Origin: Christensenella sp. UBA4651 | GTDB lineage: Bacteria > Bacillota > Clostridia > Christensenellales > UBA1242 | DNA length: 42,899 nt | Assembly: GCA_002405615.1 (NCBI GenBank) | Contig: DHMD01000072.1 | Location: 1 to 42,899 of the forward strand | Reading direction: 5' to 3' | In this document: piece by piece, positions 37,484-42,899 of the stretch | Position numbering within the stretch: the stretch's first letter is position 1 | Layout: every line of letters begins with the position of its first letter | The notes under the pieces: model-generated | Told to the model about the DNA's origin: nothing | Seen by the model: only the letters and a program-made list of their open reading frames with translations | Databases searched by the model: none | Position numbers and translations under genes: made by a program

Positions 37484-38135
37484 TCTAAAAACCTTGTTTA
37501 GAAAAGAATGGCTAATGACACTCAAACCCGCCGTTTATATGTATTTTTATTGGCTTTTGGCGCTTACATTACTCGCCCCTAATTACCCATATTGTGTGGC
37601 GTTTGGATATTGCCTAATGGGTATCCCGAATTTGTTTACAATTTTTAAGGCAAACAAAGATTTGGAATTTAACGCAATGCTACCTATTTCCAGAGAAGAA
37701 ATAGTCAAATCAAAATTTATGTCAGTAATTTTTATCCAAGTCGTACAAATTTTGATTGCAATACCATTTGCTCTCCTGTCGTGCTTTTTGATAAATCCCG
37801 CAGGAAACGGTGTTGGACTAGATGCAAACTTTACCCTATTTGCTAGCGTTTTTATTGAGTTTAGCGTATTTAATATAATATTTTTGCCAGGCTTCTTTTC
37901 GACAGGATATAAGGTTGCTACTCCCACATTTTGGGCGTTTGTCGGATACCTACTTACCCTAGGTTTGATTGAGGGCTTGATTGCGGGTATTCCTACACTC
38001 AACCTAATTTTTGACGGCTACACATATATCGGCGCTCAATTAGGATTGTTGGCGATAGGAATCATACTTTACTGCCTAACACTGTTTTTTGCATACAGAA
38101 TGAGTGTAAAGAAATTTTTGAGAGTAAATCTATAA
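37476..38135 (+). CDS. ABC-2-type transporter permease
   Basis: 219 aa with six predicted TM segments. Overlaps the ATPase gene by 8 nt. Confidence 0.75.
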   Translation: MTNLKTLFRKEWLMTLKPAVYMYFYWLLALTLLAPNYPYCVAFGYCLMGIPNLFTIFKANKDLEFNAMLPISREEIVKSKFMSVIFIQVVQILIAIPFALLSCFLINPAGNGVGLDANFTLFASVFIEFSVFNIIFLPGFFSTGYKVATPTFWAFVGYLLTLGLIEGLIAGIPTLNLIFDGYTYIGAQLGLLAIGIILYCLTLFFAYRMSVKKFLRVNL

Positions 38136-38504
38136 ATGAACATTGTTGTTCTCAAAACTTCTACTACCCCACTTTACAAGCAAATTTATGACCAAATACT
38201 TACACAAATTCTAAAAAGAGAACTCAAACCTAACGAGTGCTTACCATCAATTAGACAAGTCGCCAGAGAACTAAACATCAGCGTAATCTCAGTAAAAGGT
38301 GCTTATGACGCACTCGAACAAGACGGGTACATATACACATTACCCGCCAAAGGCTGTTTTGTCGCTGAATTATTTTCCCCCGAAGATATACATAATGGAC
38401 TAATTAAGGAGGCTGCAACTTGGGTGCGTGATTTCTGCAAAAACTATCACATAACTGTATCCGAGGTTATAGAAAGATTAAAAGAAGAAAGTCTAAATAA
38501 ATAG
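38136..38504 (+). CDS. GntR-family transcriptional regulator, YtrA subfamily (short C-terminus)
   Basis: 122 aa. PLYKQIYDQI...LPSIRQVARELNISVISVKGAYDALEQDGYIYTLPAKGCFV. Starts immediately after the permease stop. Confidence 0.88.
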   Translation: MNIVVLKTSTTPLYKQIYDQILTQILKRELKPNECLPSIRQVARELNISVISVKGAYDALEQDGYIYTLPAKGCFVAELFSPEDIHNGLIKEAATWVRDFCKNYHITVSEVIERLKEESLNK

Positions 38505-38520
38505 ACTTTCTTTCCTTTTC
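38487..38520. terminator. Terminator after the GntR gene (also faces convergent spoVAC)
   Basis: GAAAGTCTA-aataaa-TAGACTTTC followed by TTTCCTTTTCC. Includes the TAG stop. Confidence 0.7.
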
Positions 38521-38967
38521 CTAAAATATATAGTAAATCAGCCCTGCAATAATGGCCGCAACCACACCACTGACAATTACAGGACCCGCAATAACAAACA
38601 TTTTTGCCATTAGCCCAAAAACCATTCCCTCTCGCTTGAATTCCAGCGCCGAACTCGCAATGGAATTACTAAATCCAGTAATAGGGACAATACTTCCTGC
38701 CCCAGCGTATGCTCCGATTTTATCGTAAATTCCGAACCCCGTCAGTAGCGCTGCGATGACAATAATAATCATCAATGCCCAAGTTCCCGCCTCACTAGCA
38801 GGCATATAAGGGAAAATATACATACACATATCTTTGACAAATTCGCCGAAGCAGCAAATTAGCCCACCGACCCAAAAGGCGTGAAAAAGCGATGGCCAAG
38901 CCTTGGTCTTTGGCATTTTTGCATTTACGTAAGCATTATATTTAGCATTTCTTTCAGTTTGGTTCAT
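38521..38967 (-). CDS. spoVAC: SpoVAC/SpoVAEB-family membrane protein (stage V sporulation protein AC-like)
   Basis: 148 aa. FWVGGLICCFGE, ALLTGFGIYDKIGAYAGAGSIVPITGFSNSIASSALEFKREG closely resembles Bacillus SpoVAC. AGGAG SD. Confidence 0.88.
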   Translation of the reverse strand: MNQTERNAKYNAYVNAKMPKTKAWPSLFHAFWVGGLICCFGEFVKDMCMYIFPYMPASEAGTWALMIIIVIAALLTGFGIYDKIGAYAGAGSIVPITGFSNSIASSALEFKREGMVFGLMAKMFVIAGPVIVSGVVAAIIAGLIYYIF

Positions 38968-39093
38968 TTTTTACTCCTGAATAGAATAGTTGCCAATAAA
39001 TATAAATCCAAACAAAAATTTTTCAAATTTATAAATATTTTATAGAATTTAACACAAACTAGCCTTGTAAAAAATTTTTTAGAGGTGAATTTT

Positions 39094-40839
39094 ATGAAAA
39101 AAATACTAGCACTTTCGCTAACTTTGGCTATGGCATCGACATTTGCAATCTGTGGAACTGCAAACAGCGATGACCAGAGCGCTTTACGCCAAGAATTGGA
39201 CAATTTGCATTTGAACGCAAACAGTTTGGATGTGGAATATTGTAGTAGCAGTCTGCTATTTGATAATGGTATGACCTTGAATAAAGTTGATAACGACTAC
39301 TCAATCACTCCAATTAGCGAAACCCGAGGAGAAAAAAGCGTTGCTGATAACAACACAAAATCGGCAATGTCAAATGACAATAATATAAATGGAACAGTCG
39401 GTGGCAACCAAAGCACAATTTCAAATGGAAATGGCAACGCTGTAGGCACTACCAACACAAACAATGGCATAAATGACATTGCGGCAAACAACCAAGGCTC
39501 AAGTCCGTATGGGATTGGTCAAGCAAATAGCGGTGTTTTGCCAAATAGCGCCAACAGGGCGCAAGCAAATGCAAACGTTGACTCATACAATAGAACCAAT
39601 TTGGACTCAATGATTAGAACAAATAACATTGACACTTACAGAAACAATACCAACCCTAATATTGACGGCAAAATTTACAACAATAATGGCGCAGTTGTCG
39701 GCAACGATATGAATGGGAATGGAATTAACAGTGTAAACGGAGTTAATTCTGGTAGAAATGTGATTAATAGCGCAAACACAAACACCTTACCAAACGGTAC
39801 ACCAGCGCAAAACACCACAACAACTACACCAAACAGAACTGGTTTAGCACCAAATACAAACAATGCTCCTCGCCCTACCACTATGAACACAACAAATAAT
39901 TCCACTCGCCCAAGCAACATTACGCAAAATGCAAACAATACAACAAATCAAATTAAGAATAATTCAACAAACAACCAGACAAACACAAAGCCAAACAAAA
40001 TTTGGGGTCATCGTGTAAACACATTTGATAACAGAAATGGTACAAACAATGTGGACTACACCGATGTGCAGAATAGAATTGATGAGTTAAACACCAGATT
40101 GTCTTCACTCAACACCACAATGGACGAGAGTTTGACCACTGCCAGAAAAAACATTCAACGAGTAATTGACAAAGAGATTACACTCAACGACACTCAAGCC
40201 GCCCAAATCAATTCATATTCTCGTCTTTTGAGAAAAATCACTCACAAATTAACCGAAAATGAATTTGAGTTGATGCAAAGTGCTGGCGAAATCGCTTTGG
40301 CTCAGAGCAACCAAAGCAAAGCCACCGATTTGAGTGCTGTTTACCTAGATATGCAGTACACCCTCACTTGCCGTGAACATTGTATCAACTGCGCAAATGA
40401 CGCACTAAATGCAATTAATGAAATTTTTGGTTCATTTGATAACGACAACGACACAAATACTCCTAGCACAAAGCCTGTGGTAACTGACAACACGGTAAAT
40501 AACGGGAATACAAACAATAATACAAATGTTGCCGACAATACAAACAGTGGCACAAACACAAATTCAAATAATGTAAACGGGCAAACTAACACCGGCCCAG
40601 TTACACCTAGCACTCCTACAAAGGACTCAACTCCTAGTGCTTCTGCAAACACTAATGACTCAATACCTACCAAACTAGATACTGCACAAAATTTGAACAC
40701 TTCTACATTAGACTCTACAAAAAATGATGCTGCAAAAACTACCACACCAACAAAAACTGACTCAAAGTATGTAGCAAATCAAAACAGTATCCCTAATGTT
40801 ACCAAAGATTTTCAAAACAAAAACAATGAGGTATTTTAA
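39094..40839 (+). CDS. Secreted (possibly lipo-) protein, Asn/Thr-rich low complexity around a helical core; unknown function
   Basis: Signal peptide MKKILALSLTLAMASTFAICG. About 116 of 581 residues are Asn by hand count. The central ~130 aa (DYTDVQNRIDELN...NDALNAINEIF) are non-repetitive and helical-looking. ATG 39094 lies 8 nt after AGAGG. Confidence 0.75.
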   Translation: MKKILALSLTLAMASTFAICGTANSDDQSALRQELDNLHLNANSLDVEYCSSSLLFDNGMTLNKVDNDYSITPISETRGEKSVADNNTKSAMSNDNNINGTVGGNQSTISNGNGNAVGTTNTNNGINDIAANNQGSSPYGIGQANSGVLPNSANRAQANANVDSYNRTNLDSMIRTNNIDTYRNNTNPNIDGKIYNNNGAVVGNDMNGNGINSVNGVNSGRNVINSANTNTLPNGTPAQNTTTTTPNRTGLAPNTNNAPRPTTMNTTNNSTRPSNITQNANNTTNQIKNNSTNNQTNTKPNKIWGHRVNTFDNRNGTNNVDYTDVQNRIDELNTRLSSLNTTMDESLTTARKNIQRVIDKEITLNDTQAAQINSYSRLLRKITHKLTENEFELMQSAGEIALAQSNQSKATDLSAVYLDMQYTLTCREHCINCANDALNAINEIFGSFDNDNDTNTPSTKPVVTDNTVNNGNTNNNTNVADNTNSGTNTNSNNVNGQTNTGPVTPSTPTKDSTPSASANTNDSIPTKLDTAQNLNTSTLDSTKNDAAKTTTPTKTDSKYVANQNSIPNVTKDFQNKNNEVF

Positions 40840-40878
40840 TTAAATTAGAGTATAAAAACAAAAATAGAATATAAGAAC

Positions 40879-40906
40879 AAAAAGCCCCAAAGCGGGCTTT
40901 TTGTTT
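40879..40906. terminator. Bidirectional intrinsic terminator
   Basis: AAAAAGCCC-caaagc-GGGCTTTTTGTTTT. Confidence 0.8.
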
Positions 40907-40925
40907 TATCCTAATTATTTATTTT

Positions 40926-41160
40926 GGTTCGGCTGACGCCTCACGAATTCCTCGACAAGCCACACAAGGGAGGAGACGCTTTGCATATCCGCACTGTGTG
41001 GTGCGTATGCGGCGTAGCCCGCATACGGAATGGCTACTGCATACACGCTAGTGTATAACGCCGATAGGTGTTGTGGTGGCAAAAGCCAACACACGCAGTA
41101 GCCGAGCAAGAGCCAGAGGTGCTCTCACATATCTTCGTAGCCTCATAGCGTAGCCGAACC
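40926..41160. ncRNA. Candidate structured RNA (unassigned family) or MITE-like palindromic element
   Basis: GC-rich island in AT-rich spacer DNA. 13-bp closing helix (40926-40939 with 41148-41160, one bulged G). 9-bp helices 41004-41012/41019-41027 and 41032-41040/41095-41103. 6-bp hairpin 41041-41046/41051-41056 with a GCUA loop. 5-bp hairpin 41104-41108/41120-41124. GTAGCC occurs 4 times, plus one inverted copy. Strand undetermined. Confidence 0.45.
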
Positions 41161-41175
41161 CAATAGTAAAAGTTT

Positions 41176-42899
41176 TTAACTATTGTCTACATCGTCATTG
41201 ATGTTGGACTTGTCAATTTTCTCGAAGCGAGCGGTGATGAGTTTATCCTTTACATCAGAATAAGCGAATGCGCAAGTATCCTCGATGTATTTTGTAGAAA
41301 TCACGCCGTCAATCGCCCAACCAACGAACTTGTAGCCTGCACTTGGAGTAACTGTAACGACAACATAGGTTACATCGTCCTTTACGATTGTACTCATCGC
41401 AACATCGCCGCAAGCGGTAATGCTCGCATCATCGGTGCAGATAGAGTCCACAGCCACGCCGTTGATTTTTACACCAGACTCGATAAACACTGCGGTGTAA
41501 GTACAGTCGTTGGTAACTGTTACTGTGATTTGGTTTGTGTTATTGTTGGCAAAAACCTTGCCGTCCTTTAGCCAGTATGCTAGTTGATAGCCTTTTTTGG
41601 CATATGCTTTGAGAGTGGCTGAACCGTTGAGAGCGTAACTACCGCCGCCCGAAAGCACACCGACTGCACCCGAGATATTTGCGTTTACAGTAATAGAACA
41701 AGATGATGAATCTATGATTGAACTAGCGAACAGTTCGGTATTCACTACAATCTCGCCTAATTCCGCCACACTACTTGCAGTAACGGTACTGCTAGCGAAC
41801 ACTGCGGTAATGACTTTGTTACGAACCTCAGAGAGCGGAATTAGAGCGTCCGCAGTGGTATATGTGGTAGACAAAGTGTCCCCAATTTTCCACCCAGTGA
41901 ACTTGTAGCCGCTGCTTGGGCTAGCACTCACTGCTACATATTGTGTGCCGTTCTTGACTACATTCTTGGACGAAACCATACCATAAACCGTACCCGAACC
42001 ACACTCCATACGGATAGCGGAATTGTTAATTTTGACTCCCGCTTCGGCGAAAACCGCCGTATATGTGCTGTCCGAGGTTGCCGAAATTGTTACTACATTG
42101 GTGTCGTTACCCGAGAATGTTGCCCCGTCCTTGAGCCAGTGCAAAAATTCATAGCCTTTCATCGCATAAGCGGTTAGAGTTACAGACTTGTTTGCGTCAT
42201 AAGTGCCGCCACCAGTCAGCACGCCCGCTGCGCCATTGATGTTTGACTTCACTTGGATAACATAGACTTTTTGCCATACTGCGTAAAGCGTGATTGAGCC
42301 TGATGTTGCCAAGTTTTTGACACTCGCTTTGTCGGTGTATGTCGCAGAAGTTGCGGTATTTGAGGTACTCCACCCCAAGAAACGATATCCCGAACGAGTA
42401 AAGCCGTTCGCCGTAAGGTTTTTAGAGGCATCGTATGTGTGCGAACTGCTGGCAGTCGTTCCCGCACCGCCGTTTGCATTGTAGTTTATGGTATAAGTGT
42501 TGGCAGTCCATTTAGCATACAGCGTTACGGTCGCCCCTTGCGTGCTGCTGAGGTTAGACACGCTCTGACCATTTGAGTAAACCACTGCCCCACTAGCGCT
42601 CGTTGCCCAACCAGCAAAATCGTACCCAGTGCGAGTAAATGCATTTGCCGTCAACGCCTTGCTTGAGCCGTAAGTGTGCGAACTATTGCTCATCGTACCG
42701 CTACCGCCATTAGCGTTATATTTTACGCTATAAGTGTTTGCTGTCCACTTTGCGTATAGAGTTGTTGCACCTGTCAAGTCGCAAGCCTTTGCACTCGCTC
42801 CGCTGGCGGTATAGTATTGAGTACCGCCGCCATTAGTTCCAGAGTAATATCCGCCGAAAGTGTAGCCAGTTTTTGTAGGAACTGTGATACTTGGCATTG
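41176..42899 (-). CDS. Surface/secreted protein with Listeria-Bacteroides (Flg_new) repeats and divergent InlB B-repeat-like domains; 5' end outside the window
   Basis: Three TGYxFxGW...LYAKWTANTY repeats, then two copies of a ~155-aa two-domain module. No C-terminal LPXTG or TM segment. The ORF is open to the window edge. Confidence 0.85.
   Translation of the reverse strand, partial: MPSITVPTKTGYTFGGYYSGTNGGGTQYYTASGASAKACDLTGATTLYAKWTANTYSVKYNANGGSGTMSNSSHTYGSSKALTANAFTRTGYDFAGWATSASGAVVYSNGQSVSNLSSTQGATVTLYAKWTANTYTINYNANGGAGTTASSSHTYDASKNLTANGFTRSGYRFLGWSTSNTATSATYTDKASVKNLATSGSITLYAVWQKVYVIQVKSNINGAAGVLTGGGTYDANKSVTLTAYAMKGYEFLHWLKDGATFSGNDTNVVTISATSDSTYTAVFAEAGVKINNSAIRMECGSGTVYGMVSSKNVVKNGTQYVAVSASPSSGYKFTGWKIGDTLSTTYTTADALIPLSEVRNKVITAVFASSTVTASSVAELGEIVVNTELFASSIIDSSSCSITVNANISGAVGVLSGGGSYALNGSATLKAYAKKGYQLAYWLKDGKVFANNNTNQITVTVTNDCTYTAVFIESGVKINGVAVDSICTDDASITACGDVAMSTIVKDDVTYVVVTVTPSAGYKFVGWAIDGVISTKYIEDTCAFAYSDVKDKLITARFEKIDKSNINDDVDNS
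41227..42261 (-). repeat. Tandem duplication of a ~155-aa two-domain module within the surface protein gene
   Basis: Module A (41797-42261: VIQVKSNINGAAGVLTGGGTYDANKSVTLTAYAMKGYEFLHWLKDG...KVITAVF). Module B (41227-41697: SITVNANISGAVGVLSGGGSYALNGSATLKAYAKKGYQLAYWLKDG...KLITARF). Confidence 0.8.

Noticed and set aside
38964-39203. 79-aa - strand ORF spanning the spoVAC / Asn-rich-gene spacer.
   Set aside because: It overlaps the start and signal-peptide region of the + strand gene and the divergent promoter region. It has no SD and no recognisable domain.
40915-41109. 64-aa - strand ORF (TTG start) across the GC-rich element.
   Set aside because: It has no SD. The region is better explained by extensive base pairing, so the open frame is probably a by-product of GC-rich palindromic sequence.
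40926-41160. Assignment of the structured element to SRP RNA, tmRNA, RNase P, 6S RNA, the glmS ribozyme, T-box, lysine or cobalamin riboswitches.
   Set aside because: None of the signature sequences I remember are present: the SRP GGAAGCAGC helix-8 motif, a tmRNA tag ORF with tRNA-like ends, the RNase P GAGGAAAGUCC, or the T-box GGUGGUACC. The multibranch fold is unlike 6S RNA. No downstream gene exists for a cis-regulator.
1-42899. CRISPR arrays, IS elements or transposases, toxin-antitoxin pairs, restriction-modification or other recognisable defence systems.
   Set aside because: There are no regularly spaced direct repeats, no transposase-like ORFs and no small paired ORFs of TA type. Every ORF over 60 aa outside known genes is a shadow frame.

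Overview
Low-GC Bacillota (Clostridia/Bacilli-like) chromosomal segment, almost entirely core DNA-repair, recombination and secretion genes in Bacillus-like synteny. The blocks are PBP1A; miaB-mutS-mutL-miaA (+ strand); lexA and a lone XerS-like tyrosine recombinase; a 0.6-kb ORF-free AT-rich spacer; and a DUF45 hydrolase. Next come a membrane-tethered PadR regulator; rnhA; tRNA-Trp(CCA); and, all on the - strand, rny-dipeptidase, ftsK, M16 peptidase, pgsA, a cinA-like gene and recA. Further along are rlmN; rpsO; recJ plus a HemN-like radical SAM gene; secDF; yajC; ruvCAB; and a YtrA-type GntR/ABC operon. The last ~4.4 kb looks accessory: an orphan spoVAC, an Asn/Thr-rich secreted protein, a GC-rich structured non-coding element, and a partial InlB-B-repeat surface protein. 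No CRISPR array, prophage, transposon or recognisable defence system is visible. TGA is used as a stop codon and tRNA-Trp carries CCA, so the code is standard (code 11). The points most worth a second look are listed here. (1) A 235-nt GC-rich, multi-helix element at 40926-41160 matches no RNA family I can recognise by eye. (2) The exact 9-mer TTAGAACAT occurs at the recA and ruvC promoters and twice in the spacer upstream of the recombinase gene, while canonical Cheo boxes are absent there; this is a candidate non-canonical SOS operator. (3) An 8+7+8 inverted repeat abuts the promoter of the XerS-like recombinase where gene orientation turns convergent, suggesting a candidate dif/terminus region. 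(4) MiaA lacks its insertion (tRNA-clamping) domain. (5) The PadR regulator is fused to a 4-TM domain. All coordinates, motifs and pairings were read by hand; nothing was searched against databases.
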